A model generated the notes under the pieces. It did no database searches. It was not told where the DNA came from and saw only the letters and a list, made by a program, of their open reading frames with translations. Shown here piece after piece: positions 39,856 to 53,100 of a stretch of DNA of 64,000 nucleotides (the first letter of the stretch is position 1; every line of letters starts with the position of its first letter). The translations under genes were made by a program, and so were the position numbers. Source of the DNA: Octopus sinensis (taxonomy: Eukaryota); NCBI RefSeq assembly GCF_006345805.1, contig NW_021833300.1, forward strand, positions 11,624 to 75,623, given 5' to 3'.

Positions 39856-42800
39856 GTATGTAAATCACAATTTTCTGGCATATTTTTTTCTAATTTCTGT
39901 ACTATATTTTCATCATTACCCAATTGTTTTACAAATGAACCCCCTCCACACACATACACACACACTCACACACAAACAAACATACACACACATGTATGTA
40001 TGTATATCATTATTCAGTTTATTTCAGGATTTCCTGCCAATAGAGAACGAACCGGTTTCTAACCTAAATCCAGGCTCCTTCACTGGAATTGCAACATCAA
40101 CAACAGGGTATTTTTGTTTGTAAGTTTGTATGTATGTTATGTATGTATGTATCTATGCGCAGATTTGCATGTTTTATGTATGTATGCTCGCAAAGAAACG
40201 AACAAGCGACAACAATCAATGCAAACTAACAAACTGTCCCATCCGTGACATAGATTTATGCCAACGGGTAAATGTTATGTATAGAATACAATGTAACAAA
40301 CGCAACAAGTTCTATGTGGGTAGCACAACAAAACCGTTACACGTTCGCATCAAAGAACATCTTAACACGATAGCCCCCTCCTTCAGAAAGGATGCCGGAA
40401 CACCGACAAGAGCATAACAGTCACAAATGAGCCAGTGAAAGAAATGTGGGTAATTTAAGAATTAAGGAAGCTATACTCATACGTAGACTCATACACGAGA
40501 CATGGCCGACCTCACGCACTTAGTGCTCTCATAATCACTATATTCAAGAAATGAGAAAATCTTATGGAAACCATCGTGTAAACTCGCTACTTACTAATTT
40601 AGGAAAGATCTTTGCTCCAATACACTTGAACGGTCCCCACACCATCACAGAAAGAATCCTTCCAGAATCCCAGTGTGTTTTCCGAGCATTACTTGGAACC
40701 ATAGACACGATCTGCGCCAGACTATTCCAAAGCAAGTATCGAGAACAACAAAACCGAATTTTCCTTATCTTTTATGATCTGCAAAATGCTTTTGATAGAG
40801 TACCAAGACCAGCCATATGGACGGCCCTTGATTATTTCTTCTCCCTGATCATACGATGGTATGACTGGGCGTTTCCTTCCTCGTGATGGACTCTCAGAAG
40901 AATTCCCAATTACATCTGGATTGAAACAGGTTTGCGTACCCGCTACTATGCTTTTCTCCTTATACCTTGCTGCAATGATCCATGAACTTCCCTCGGATCA
41001 GCTGGGAAAGGACATCAGATATCGTTTTGATGAAAGACACTTCACCCTGGTGAGGTTTCGGTCAAAGAATCTTACCAGCTCCAAGCGAATCTCAGAACTT
41101 CACTTCCTCGATGGCAACGTGGTCATTCGGTCACTCAAACTTAGAACCGCAAAAAGCTGTCAGTTATTTAACCATTGCGTATCAACGTTTTGAGCTCACT
41201 GTAAATTCTAAGAAATCTCAGTTCTTCGCCTAATCAATCCCGAATTCTGCCCTTCTGCACTTTAACATCATAATTTCGGACACACCACTGGAACAAGTTA
41301 ATCACTTTACATGCCTTAGAAGTGTGCTTTCCACCAAACACAATCCTGAGCAAGATGTGGAACGAGGAATCGGACCGGCTCACTCAGCTTTCTTTGAAAT
41401 AAATAAATGTCTTTCCTGAAAAATCCTGGAAACTTCTGGAATGCACCTCCTTTTTCTTTAAAATCCTAGTGGTGTCACAAAAAGTTTACACAGATATGAC
41501 CGTCATCAGTTGAGGCCCGATCGTCTGCTAAATTAAATGCGCCTAAGCGTAAGCGGCCCTTATCAATGGGAGAAATCAAGTCGTAAATAGATGATTTAAA
41601 CAGCGATGAAGAAGTGTTTTTCTGATTTTCTTTCATCATCAATTGAAGCAGATGATGTTGAAAATGATGTTTTAGATAATACAGAAAAAAATAATGCTTC
41701 AACTAGCTCTGGATGGAAAAAGTGCACCGATTCTTCTCCATTTGTTTAAGACCAACAATTATTTTAGTTTTTGTGCTTAATTTAATGAAAATGAATATAA
41801 AAATTTGCTTTATGAAAAAAGATTTTTTCGATTATTGTCTGTTTGTCACACACATTCATGCAACACTTTCCCGCCGTTTAAGGGTTAACATCTTGTGTGT
41901 ATACTTACATTTTTTATTGCTGATTCAGGTAAAAGCTGGCAGAAAGTATTTGAGATGACCAAAAACTCATTTAAGAAAAGCCCTATTTATTTTTACTGGG
42001 ACAATTTGCCTATTGAAAAGGTAATGAATTTTTAGAATTTCAAGATGTTTCTCATTAAATAACCAATCTACATATTTGTTGCTGTTGTACAATAATTACT
42101 AGTGTTTTCTTTTAAATGTTTAATTTCAGTTTCTGATGTTTGTTTCATTTTTAAAATCTTTCTTTGGCGGGGTTTCACGATAGAATTAGATCCAGACTAA
42201 TTTTCCTTCTAAATTTCAATGGAATATTGTGCAGCGTTTTCATTTTGTGGCAAGAGTGTTGCTATAAAATATGCACGACGCAGAGAAACCTATTCCTCTC
42301 GTATTTATTTCTCCTTTTTTTTCTGTTTCACTAGCGAGACTTGGGGACTAAGGTCCGGCCTTTTATTTAGATTTTCATCATTTTCGCCGGGTATCTGATT
42401 AAGGACACTGATCTTTGCTTTAATAAGGGTTTTGGAATTCAGCTTTGACTGCAATGATTTTCTTACTCTCCTTGTGTACTCCCAATTGGTCGTTTGTTTC
42501 ATTCATTTTTTATTTCGTCTGCTTTCAGTATTCCCAACTACTTTTACCACCGTCCTTTCTCAACTGCTCCCATTCTTTGCCCATTTGGCATTTCAATTCC
42601 CTCGCTTCTTTCAAATGTTCCTCCTTTTATTTTCAATATAGCGCACTTTTCTATCTCAAATTCCATAGCAACGTTATTTGAGAAAATGCGGATAATATTT
42701 ACAAGATTTTCAAACTGTTTCTCATTTTTCGCATAAACTTTTGTATCGTCCATGAAAAGGAGATGATTTATCTGACCATTTCCTTTAACCAAATCGTAAG

Positions 42801-45800
42801 CAATGTTCACTTTTCATGGCCAATTCGAATAGTAACGGAGATAAGCTATCACCTTGAAATATTCCACGTCTGATGTTCACTTTTCCGGGTTTTTGTTTTT
42901 CTCCGATCATTTCAGTATTCCAATGTTCCATACTTTCATTTAGCATTTTCTCCATGCTTTTTTTTTTTGTTGCTATTTCAAAACTGCTCCTTGTTTTACT
43001 TATCTAACTGTGTGCTACCATGTCATACGCTTTTTTCTAATCTAACCATGCTACATTCACTCCTGCCAATCATCTACCTCTGCAATTTCTAATTATCATT
43101 TTATCATCTAATAGGTGATCTTTTGTTGCCCTACTTTGGTTCCTGCATCCTTTCTGTTCTTTAGGTAATAGATTGTTACTTACCTGATGTTTGCAAGTTC
43201 CCTTTCAAGGGGTCCTTGGCGCATTAACAGTGTTCGCTCGCTGGTCATCCAAGCAGGGGTGCGACCTTGCTGCTGAAGACAGTCATCCTGTTGCACAGCA
43301 AACCTCTCTCTTCTTCTTCTTCTTCTTCTTCTTCTTCTTTCTTGTCTTCTCTTCTTTCTTTTCTTCTTTTCTGCTTCTTCTTGTCTTCTTCTTCTCTTCT
43401 TTCTTCTTCTTCTTCTTCTTTCTTCTCTTCTTCTTCGTCTTCGCCTTCTTCTTCTTCTTCTTCTTCTTCTTCTCTTCTCTTCCTTTCTTGCTCTTCAATC
43501 CGGCTTCTTTCGTTCTCTTCTTCTTTCTACATCTCTTATAATCTTCTTTTCATCTTCTTATTTCTTCTTCTTCTTCTTCTTCTTCTTTTTCTTCTTCTGT
43601 CTCTTTTCTATGTCTTTATTCTTCTTCTCTTTCTCTCTTCTTTCTCTTCTTCCTATCTTCTTCTTTCTTCTTATTCTTGCTTCTTTAATTCTTCTTCTTC
43701 TTCTTCTTCTTCTCTTCTTCTTCTTCTTTTCTAATTCTTCTTAATCGTCTTCTTCTTCTTCTTCTTCTTCTTCTCTAATTATTCTTCTATTTTAATCATT
43801 TTTCTCTCTTCTTCTTCTTCTTCTTCTTTTTCTTCTATTCTTTCTTCTTCTTCTCTTTTCTTCTCTTCTTCTTCTAATTCTTCTTCTATTCTTCTTCTTC
43901 TTCTTCCTTCTTCTTTCTCTTCTTCTTCTCTTCTTTTTCTTCTTCTTCTTCTTCTTCTTCTTTTTCTTTCTTTTCTTCTTATTAGTTATATATTGTTATT
44001 ATTGTATTATTATTATTATTATTATTAGTAGTAGTAGTAGTATAGTAGTAGTAGTAGTAGTAGTAGTATTTTTATTGTTATTATTATTATTATTATTATT
44101 ATAAAAGAATCAGAAGAATTAGAGCATAGAACACAATGCTCGTGGTATTTAATTCCGGATCTTTATTTTCCGAGTTCAATTTGCGCCGAGGTCGGCTTTG
44201 CCTTTCATCCTTCAAGGAACGATAGCATAATGTGACAAACGTCATCAGATCGTAGAGACGCGGGATTTCATAGACAGCAACATAACCGAGAGTGTCTGGA
44301 TATTGAATCAGTGTGTTGACGAGGAATACTTCTAGGTTACGAAAGAGACTGGTACAAATGGATCAGAATGTGGAATGGTTCAATCCCGTCATCGGTGCTT
44401 TGGTGTAAGAAGAGCGCGAAGGTTAAAAGGCATTATGAGCATTATAACTAAGAAGAAAAGGGGATTTAAGGAGGAGTTTGGAAGGCGATGAATTAACACC
44501 TGAATTGGATCGATGAGGAATAAATATTTTGAAGTAGAATAGCAAAGAATTTTTACTGCTAAGATTGAAATAAGAATGGTGAGTGGTTATAAGTGTAGGA
44601 ATATAGGGTTGAGTAGACATGAGATGGAGAAAGATGGAGAGAGATTATGAGAAGGTTCTGTGTCAGCGAGGAAAAACGTTTGTCTTGCATTTTAAAAGGG
44701 AGAGGTGGAAGGATGAAATTCACGAATATGTAGATGGGACAGTAAAAATGCTTTTAATTCGAGACGAACTTCAGAAAAGCTAAACTCTACCAGGGTCAAA
44801 AGAACTTGTTGGACACACCTACACGCGTACCCCAGCATTTGGTCAGAAGCTACCGTCCCTCTGGTATCCGTTTCACCTAAGAGTCTTGACCAAGGAAGAG
44901 GCAGATCAAAAGCCCCTTTCTTCCGTTCCTGATATCACTCTTCATTCCTCCACAGAACATCGATATGTCTTTGATGTGGGATCGATTGTTGCTGGTTTCG
45001 GCTATTCTTTTATCCTGATTTTGTCAGGGTTTTCTAGTTCCTATAGATGCAACAAAACCTTTAGAAAGACTCCGAAATCATGACTCATTAGTTAGTAGTC
45101 TGATTCTCTGTCTCGTAAGTCAGCCACATTTTCCTCTCAAACCCAATCACTTTCTGTCTTAATTTTGCACTTCTAACGCGACATAGCATCTCGTTTTCTC
45201 ATTTTCCTTCCTTCTGTCTGTCTGTATCTCTCTCTCTCTCCTCCTCTTCCTCCTATGTCTTGTCTTCTCTACTCTTTTTCTCCTGCACTCAATGTCTCAC
45301 TCTTCCCCCACCACTGTTCTCTCCATCTCATTCTCGCCCTCCTACTCTCTCCTTATATCACATCCTAGTCTCCTTTCTCTTCCTACAACTCTGCCATCCC
45401 TCATTCTCTGAGATTTGTCACTTGTTTGAGTTTACTTTCCATTTGCAGGTGGAATTTCGGTTGAAAAAAGAAGCTAGTTCTTATGCATTCGTTTTCAATG
45501 GAACAGGGACCAATTCTACATCGTGGTTCCAGAAAGATAAACTCCTTGCAAAGCCGTTTAAGTGGGATCCACACACTGTGACTTTCAATGCGAAGTATAT
45601 ATCATCTCCTTACTCATAATTAACATCTTTAATTACTTAATAATTGTTCTTTTGAACACTTTCACGGTGTATATATAAGAAGAAAGTTCACAGATATACT
45701 TTATGTCTTATTGTTGTATAATATTATAATTCCATAATAATAATCCTTTCTCCCGTAGGCAGAAAGTCTGACAGTTTGTTGGGGCGGGCGGGGGGGGGTT

Positions 45801-46618
45801 AGTCGATGGCATCGATACCAGTGTCAAACTAGTAATCATTCCAACGACCCCCGAAAGGGTGATAGGCACAGTCGACCTCAGCGGAATATGAACTCAGGAT
45901 GTATAGACGGACAAAATACTGCTAAGCATTTTATCCGGCATGCTAAAGATTCTGCCAACTCGCTGCCTTATAATAATGATAATGATAATGTTTTCGTTAT
46001 GAACCTTAAGGTTTGACAAAAAGATCGATGAGGCTCAAATTGATTTTGTGTTGGATTACATTAAAAAAAAACATGTAAACAGAAAATAACAAAAATATAA
46101 GAAAAACAATTTATCAATTGTAATATATTAGTTTCAGTTACCCGAACTTTACCATTGCGTATGACAGCAGGAGGGTAGAAGTCAAAAGAAAAAGTGGAAA
46201 TAAGGAAGAGTACGATATTTCTTACAAATACTTCAGTAGTAAGTAAAACATTGCCTCTTGATTTCAGTGTAATTGATTGTATAACACTGTGTTGGCGTAC
46301 GCGAATGCATGCATGCATGTGTGTGTGTGTGTGTGTGTGTGCATGTGTGTGTGAATGCGCGCACAGGTCTGGGTTTCAAGAAGCATTGACTCATACATAT
46401 AAATCTTTTAAATAGTTTTTCTTTAAAGCCAAAACAATGCAAGTTGTAACAAAATATTAATAATACAAGTCAGTGGTTTTTACTCTTCTCTAGTATTTCA
46501 GTATTTCGGAGCAAGGAATCCTTCTTCGGGAAATTTACGGAGAAACGGTGCTGATAACTGTTTTCCCTGCTCTCTGGGGTGTGATTATGAAGAGTTGGTT
46601 TCTGTTGCTATACACTGA
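39525..46618 (+). CDS. Paralogue B: spliced gene (5 coding exons, ~264 aa) for a predicted secreted PAN/Apple-like domain protein
   Basis: Exons 39525-39855, 41929-42020, 45449-45594, 46138-46238, 46494-46618. GT..AG introns with phases 1,0,2,1 and an uninterrupted frame. Signal peptide, 8 Cys in exon 1, N-glycosylation sequons NKT, NGT, NST, NFT. Confidence 0.82.
41929..42020 (+). CDS. Paralogue B exon 2 ([30 protein letters not shown])
   Basis: ttttattgctgattcag|GT..AAG|gtaatg, 92 nt, phase 1 in and phase 0 out. Confidence 0.82.
43310..43980. repeat. Expanded, degenerate (TTC)n polypyrimidine tract
   Basis: Direct reading; homologous to the ~145-bp tract at 3295-3440. Confidence 0.95.
45449..45594 (+). 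CDS. Paralogue B exon 3 ([48 protein letters not shown])
   Basis: ttccatttgcag|GTG..GCGAA|gtatat, 146 nt, inside ORF 45260..45619+. Confidence 0.82.
46138..46238 (+). CDS. Paralogue B exon 4 ([33 protein letters not shown])
   Basis: tttcag|T..AGTA|GTAAGT, 101 nt; the only open frame matches the phase-2 junction. Confidence 0.72.
46494..46618 (+). CDS. Paralogue B exon 5 ([41 protein letters not shown])
   Basis: First AG after the pyrimidine tract, ttttactcttctctag|TA, phase 1, TGA at 46616-46618. An alternative AG 8 nt downstream would give the short A-type end. Confidence 0.5.
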
Positions 46619-46729
46619 ACCTCAAAAGAAACACGACATGTGTATGACTGTGAAATATGTTTTAATTTCTTTATGGCTGAGATGAATTTTGATAAATCTG
46701 ATAAAGTCATACTCTTGGATGCATTTTGA

Positions 46730-48445
46730 CCTCCGTCTATGGGTCGTTGTCATGTGTTCTGGTAGAATGCGGATCTTTGGGTCGTTGTCATGTGCTCTGG
46801 TAGTAGGCGGTTCTATGGGTCGAGGTCATGTGCTCTGGTAGTAGGCGGTTCTATGGGTCGTGGTCATGTGCTCTGGTAGAAGGCGGATCTATGGGTCGTG
46901 GTCATGTGCTCTGGTAGTAGGCGGATCTATGTGTCGTTGCCATGTGTTCTGGTAGTAGGCGGATCTATGGGTCGTGGTCATGTGCTCTGGTAGTAGGCGG
47001 ATCTATGGGTCGTGGTCATGTGCTCTGGTAGTAGGCGGATCTATGGGTCGTGGTCATGTGCTCTGGTAGTAGGCGGATCTATGTGTCGTTGCCATGTGTT
47101 CTGGTAGTAGGTGGATCTATGGGTCGTGGTCATGTGCTCTGGTAGTAGGCGGATCTATGGGTCGTGGTCATGTGCTCTGGTAGTAGGCGGATCTATGGGT
47201 CGTGGTCATGTGCTCTGGTAGTAGGCGGATCTATGGGTCGTGGTCATGTGCTCTGGTAGTAGGCGGATCTATGGGTCATTGTCATGTGCTCTGGTAGTAG
47301 GGGATCTATGGTCGTGGTCATGTGCTCTGGTAGTAGGCGGATCTATGGGTCGTCGTCATGTGCTCTGGTAGTAGGCGGATCTATGGGTCGTGGTCATGTG
47401 CTCTGGTAGTAGGCGGATCTATGGTCGTTGTCATGTGCTCAGGTAGTAGGCGGATCTATGGGTCGTGGTCATGTGCTCTGGTAGTAGGCGTATCTATGGG
47501 TCGTGGTCATGTGCTCTGGTAGTAGGCGGATCTATGGGTCGTGGTCATGTGCTCTGGTAGTAGGCGGATCTATGGGTCGTGGCCATGTGTTCTGGTAGTA
47601 GGCGGATCTATGGGTCGTGGTCATGTGTTCTGGTAGAATGCGGATCTTTGGGTCGTTGTCATGTGCTCTGGTAGTAGGCGGATCTATGGGTCGTTGCCAT
47701 GTGTTCTGGTAGAATGCGGATCTTTGGGTCGTGGTCATGTGCTCTGGTAGTAGGCGGATCTATGGGTCGTGGCCATGTGTTCTGGTAGTAGGCGGATCTA
47801 TGGGTCGTGGTCATGTGTTCTGGTAGAATGCGGATCTATGGGTCGTGGTCATGTGCTCTGGTAGTAGGTGGATCTATGGGTCGTTGCCATGTGTTCTGGT
47901 AGTAGGCGGATCTATGGGTCGTTGTCATGTGTTCTGGTAGAATGCGGATCTTTGGGTCGTTGTCATGTGCTCTGGTAGTAGGCGGATCTATGGGTCGTGG
48001 TCATGTGCTCTGGTAGTAGGCGGATCTATGGGTCGTGGTCATGTGCTCTGGTAGTAGGCGGATCTATGGGTCGTTGTCATGTGCTCTGGTAGTAGGCGGA
48101 TCTATGGGTCGTGGTCATGTGCTCTGGTAGTAGGCGGATCTATGGGTCGTGGTCATGTGCTCTGGTAGTAGGCGGATCTATGGGTCGTGGTCATGTGCTC
48201 TGGTAGTAGGCGGATCTATGGGTCGTTGTCATGTGCTCTGGTAGTAGGCGGATCTATGGGTCGTGGTCATGTGCTCTGGTAGTAGACGTATCTATGGGTC
48301 GTGGTCATGTGCTCTGGTAGTAGGCGGATCTATGGGTCGTGGCCATGTGTTCTGGTAGTGGGCGGATCTATGGGTCGTGGTCACGTGCTCTGGTAGTAGG
48401 CGGATCTATGGGTCGTGGCCATGTGTTCTGGTAGTGGGCGGATCC
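46730..48445. repeat. 38-bp minisatellite, ~45 copies, right arm only
   Basis: Unit ggtagtaggcggatctatgggtcgtggtcatgtgctct; period 38 measured between 46981 and 47019; absent from the left arm at ~610-630. Confidence 0.97.
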
Positions 48446-48930
48446 AGCACATCGAGATTGTAGGTCGTGTATGTATGTATAAATGTATGTATGTATGTAT
48501 GTATGTATGTGTAAATGTATGTATGTATGTATGTATGTATGTATGTATGTATGCATGTATGTATGTATGTAGGTGTGTGTGTGAGAAAGTTGGGGGTGGA
48601 TTCAGTAATAGGTTGAATAGGTAGATTGCTAGAAATCGGATCTGATATATCACCAACTCGCCTCACTCCTGCCTTTCCGTTTTCGGAAAATAGGTGCACA
48701 GTTATTTGCGGAATGGTCAAATTAATTTCAATGACACAAAAACCTGAAATATTATCAATTTTATTTAGTGTTTTCAGCGGTCAACTTAGAAACAAACTTA
48801 ACTTTTTATAAGGATATATGTGTATGTATGTATGTATGTATGTATGTATGTATGTATGTATGTATGTATGTATATATGTATGTATGTATGTAAGTATGTA
48901 TGTATGTATGTATGTATGTATGTATGTATG

Positions 48931-48961
<31 letters not shown>

Positions 48962-49231
48962 GTTTGTATGTATGTATGTATGTATGTATGTATGAATGTA
49001 TGTATGTATGTATGTATGTCTGTATGCATGTGTGTGTATGTATATATATGTATATATATATGGTGGGGCGTGTTTGCGTGTGTGCGATGATTATCGGCAA
49101 ATTTCGAGTTAATTTCATTAAATTCTAACAATTTTTTCATTATTTTTTTTCCAGATGTATATATTTACGAAGCCATAGTCATCTCAGTGATTTTGAAGTA
49201 GAATATATATTATTCCAGAAACTGCATATTC

Positions 49232-49262
<31 letters not shown>

Positions 49263-49908
49263 CATACATACATACATACATACATACATACATACATACA
49301 TACATAAATACATACATACATACATACATATATACATAAATACATACATATATACATACATAAATACATACATACATAGATACATACATAGATACATAAA
49401 TACATACATACATACATACATACATAAATACATACATACATACATACATAAATACATACATACATAGATACATACATAAATACATACATACATAGATACA
49501 TACATACATACATACATACATACATACATACAAATACATATATAGATACATACATACATACATAAATACATACATACATAGATACGTACATACATACATA
49601 AATACATATATACATAGAAACGTACATACATACATACATACATACGTACGTACATACATACATACATACATACATAAATACATACATACATACATACACA
49701 AATACATACACACATACATACATAAATACATACATGCATACACACACATACATACATAAATACATTCATACATACATACATACATATATACATACATATA
49801 TACATACATACATACACACATGCATATATACATACATATATACATAGACACATACATACATACATACATACATACATACACACATACATACATACATACA
49901 TACATACA

Positions 49909-49942
<34 letters not shown>

Positions 49943-50149
49943 CATACATACATACACATGGACAGACAGAGATTGTTGTACAGTGTAAATGCTTTGAATA
50001 ATAATAAAGGACATCATAGACAGGACAGCGTTCAACAGATACGCTGTTAGCTTAATGCTTTAATAGAAGAGAAAATATCAAGATTTCAGAGGTGAGTCCT
50101 TCATCAGAAGGAAAGGAAAAGCCTATAGGAGTTAGAAAGAAGAATAAAA

Positions 50150-50183
<34 letters not shown>

Positions 50184-50734
50184 CAAGTGTTAGGAACCCG
50201 ATGAAATGCAGTTGAATGAGGAGGGAGTTAATAAGGGAATAGGGATGGATGTCTGTGTGCAAGTATAGAAATGGAACCTCATCTGAAAATGGACATGTAG
50301 GAAGGTGTGGGTGTGTGTGTTGTGTGTGTGTGTGTACGGTTGCTTGGGATATGCATGTGTCTAGAAGTGTGCAAATTCAAATGTTTAGTGGCGTAGATAC
50401 GTTGGGTATGCGAGATGATGTGTGTGTGTGTGTGTGTGAGTTGTCGTTAAGAGTGTGAGAAGAAAGTGTGGATGAGGAGGTAGAAGTGTGCACGAGTGGG
50501 AGGGAAATGAAAAGGGGAGAGGAATGAGGAGGGAGTGATGGGTGTGTGGGAAAGTATACGAGTGTGAAACGGTTTCAGGCGGACGGAAGGTTTGTGCTGA
50601 AATAAGCATGAAAGAGAAAAGACACAAGTTCTGTGAGAGAAGATCGGTGAAAGAAAAAATATCTAAAAATTTTAAGACGTTGGTAATAATTAATAAAATC
50701 CAGATGTTTCCATTGAAGACAGGAAACTCGCGAT

Positions 50735-50990
50735 CAGTCAGCCATCTACATTTTTTCCATCCGGTGGCATTCCAGATGTTTGGTGGAGTCGGTCCACCAA
50801 CTGCGAGTTTCCTGTCTTCACTGGCAACTCACTAGCAATTCGCCCAGCAGAGGCAACTGGCGAGGCTCGTGACGGCGCTTGGCTGTTCCATTGCCTCAGC
50901 CTCGCCATCACCCATGGCAACGCGGCAAGCATCCTGGCGTGCCCCAATAGCCTAAAGTGGTGAATTTTATTGTTTTTTCTCTTTTTTCTT
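50735..50990 (+). mobile_element. 3' fragment of a CRE-like non-LTR retrotransposon (restriction-like endonuclease end)
   Basis: FHPVAFQMFGGVGPPTASFLSSLA / frameshift / AEATGEARDGAWLFHCLSLAITHGNAASILAC*, then a T-rich tail. Matches the F.P.A.E..G..GP..W....S.AI..GNAASIL end of CRE-clade elements. Confidence 0.75.
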
Positions 50991-51567
50991 CTCTCTTTTT
51001 TATTTTCAATTTTTTCATTTGTGTTTTCTGTTTTGTCCAATTTTCTAATTTAATCTTTTAAAACGGTAAACACTGCGAAGGCAATAAATTACGAAAAAAA
51101 GTGTAAGACACAAACAAAAGTTTTCTAAACAAACTTGGAGTATTTCGTTTTGGATTTGGTTTGCAAGATTCGTTATGTGAGTTCGTGTGTTGAAGCATAT
51201 TCTGTTGTGTCTGGGGAGAGTGATTTTCTTTTTGTGCCTTGGAGTAGATATGCCAAAAACATGTAAAATAAACAGTAAATGTAGACGAAAAACAAAACAA
51301 AAAACACAAAAATCCCACAAAACTTACACTATTGAACTCACTTTTATTTTATTAATATCATCACGTGATAATTATATATATACATACATACATACATACA
51401 TATATATTATATATATATATCTATATATAATATATATATATAATATCTATATATATATATAGTGAATGCCAAAAAAGAAGAACAAACCCCCAAAAATACA
51501 AAACGAATTAACGCGAGGACATGGTTCATGTAAAGTATTAGCAGACGCCCAGGGAAGAAAGGAAGAT

Positions 51568-51603
51568 GATTTAACGTTTCGAGCAACGCTCTTCTTCAGA
51601 AAC
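51568..51603 (-). ncRNA. Ultra-minimal hammerhead-like motif in a Penelope-type repeat
   Basis: UUU-CUGAAGA-A-GAGC-GUU-GCUC-GAAAC-GUU-AAA: core, 4-bp stem II, palindromic AACGUU stem III, short stem I. Confidence 0.5.
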
Positions 51604-51731
51604 AGAAGAACGTCCGATAGAAAGGAAGACGGAGGAGGAAATTCGCCAACGATACACATGTGGTTACATTTTGAACATATATATTTTTTTATTTATATTT
51701 ATATTTATATTTGTATTTATATTTGTATTGA

Positions 51732-51871
51732 GGGCATTTCTAGACATAAATGCCACACGCGAGGAAGGAGCCTTAAAGTAAAAATTACCAAAATAAGTGT
51801 GTTTATTTATTTCGGTAGTTTTGACATTAAGAGTCCCACCTAGCGTGTGGCATTTATGTATAGTAAAGCCC
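51732..51871. mobile_element. 140-bp MITE, PIF/Harbinger (Tourist)-like
   Basis: ~29-bp TIRs GGGC..ACATAAATGCCACACGC; flanks TGA/TAA (an imperfect 3-bp TSD). Confidence 0.6.
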
Positions 51872-52033
51872 TAAAAAAAATGAATTTATTTAAGAGAAAA
51901 TTTGATGGATGTTTTCCTTTATGAGGTTCTTCACGCTAACTACTTGATAAATTCTTATAAAGATTTTATCTTATTTTTAAATTGTATATATATAGGTTCT
52001 GCTATCTAATAATCATTATAATCATTATGTATA

Positions 52034-52064
<31 letters not shown>

Positions 52065-52172
52065 GTATGAAATACTAATTACTGAATCTTAGTTTTTTAT
52101 ACGCTACACCACTGGTGTTAAAACTGATGTTATCAAATTAACATCCAATATTTCCCCCTCATTTTGATTTTA

Positions 52173-52210
<38 letters not shown>

Positions 52211-52599
52211 TCGCATCTTTTTTCCCTTCTTATGCTCAATATATTTTCTGAAACATTCTGTTGCACACAAAGACAAGTTAATGTATTTGCTTTCCCAATG
52301 TAATATTCAAAGAGTGATTATTCTATGTTGTTTCTTTGCTTTTGTAATTTTTCCTCTGTGACTCATTTATTTTATTGTTGTTAAATAAAACATTTTAACC
52401 TGAGAAAAAGCTTCGTCTGTCATATTTCTGAAACACTTCTCTTCTCTCTGTCTGCTACAACACACAACATTAATGTTAAAGGGGTGACACAACTGTAAGG
52501 AATCTTATTTAGCAACTGACCGAACCAACGATTAAAAGAACTTCTACAAACATTTTAAGATTTGAGATCTATACAACCATTCACCCCACCCTCTCTCTC

Positions 52600-53100
52600 G
52601 GTGAGCTGGTTGAATCGTTAGCACGCCGGGCGAAATACTTAGCGATATTTCATCTATCCCTACGTTCTGAGTTCAAATTCCGCCAATGTCGACTTTGCCT
52701 TTCATCCCTTCGGGGTCGATAAATTAAGTACCATTTACGCACTGGGATCGATATAATCGACTTAATCCCTTTGTCTGTCCTTGTTTGTCCCCTCTGTGTT
52801 TAGCCCCTTTTGGGTAGTGAAGAAATAGGTATTTCGTCTGATGCTATGTTCTATGTTCAAATTCCGCCGAGGTCGGCTTTGCCTTTCATCCTTTCGGGGT
52901 CGATAAATTAAGTACCAGTTACGCACTGGGATCGATATAATCGACTTAATCCCTTTGTCTGTTTTTGTTTGTCCCCTCTGTGTTCAGCCCCTTTTGGGTA
53001 GTGAAGAAATAGGTATTTCGCCCGCTAAATGCGGCGAGCTGGCCGAAAACGTTTGCACGCAGGGCGAAATGCGTAGCCGTATTTCGTCTGCCGTTACGTT
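52600..53100 (+). mobile_element. Tandem, partly duplicated SINE family 2 copies
   Basis: ggtgagctggttgaatcgttagcacgccgggcgaaat..gagttcaaattccgcc..gactttgcctttcatcc..ggggtcgataaattaagtacc repeated at ~52600 and ~52850; a third head at ~53030. Confidence 0.88.

Larger units (their letters stand above)
26420..49240. repeat. Right arm of the inverted segmental duplication, with arm-specific insertions
   Basis: Reverse-complement colinearity with 85-13080, interrupted by insertions at ~28900-37160, ~38430-39310 and ~46710-48600. Confidence 0.95.

Noticed and set aside
44956-45083. Possible extra exon after ttcattcctccacag ([18 protein letters not shown])
   Set aside because: The mirror copy at ~2300-2385 has an early stop and indels, and exon 2 already joins exon 3 in phase.
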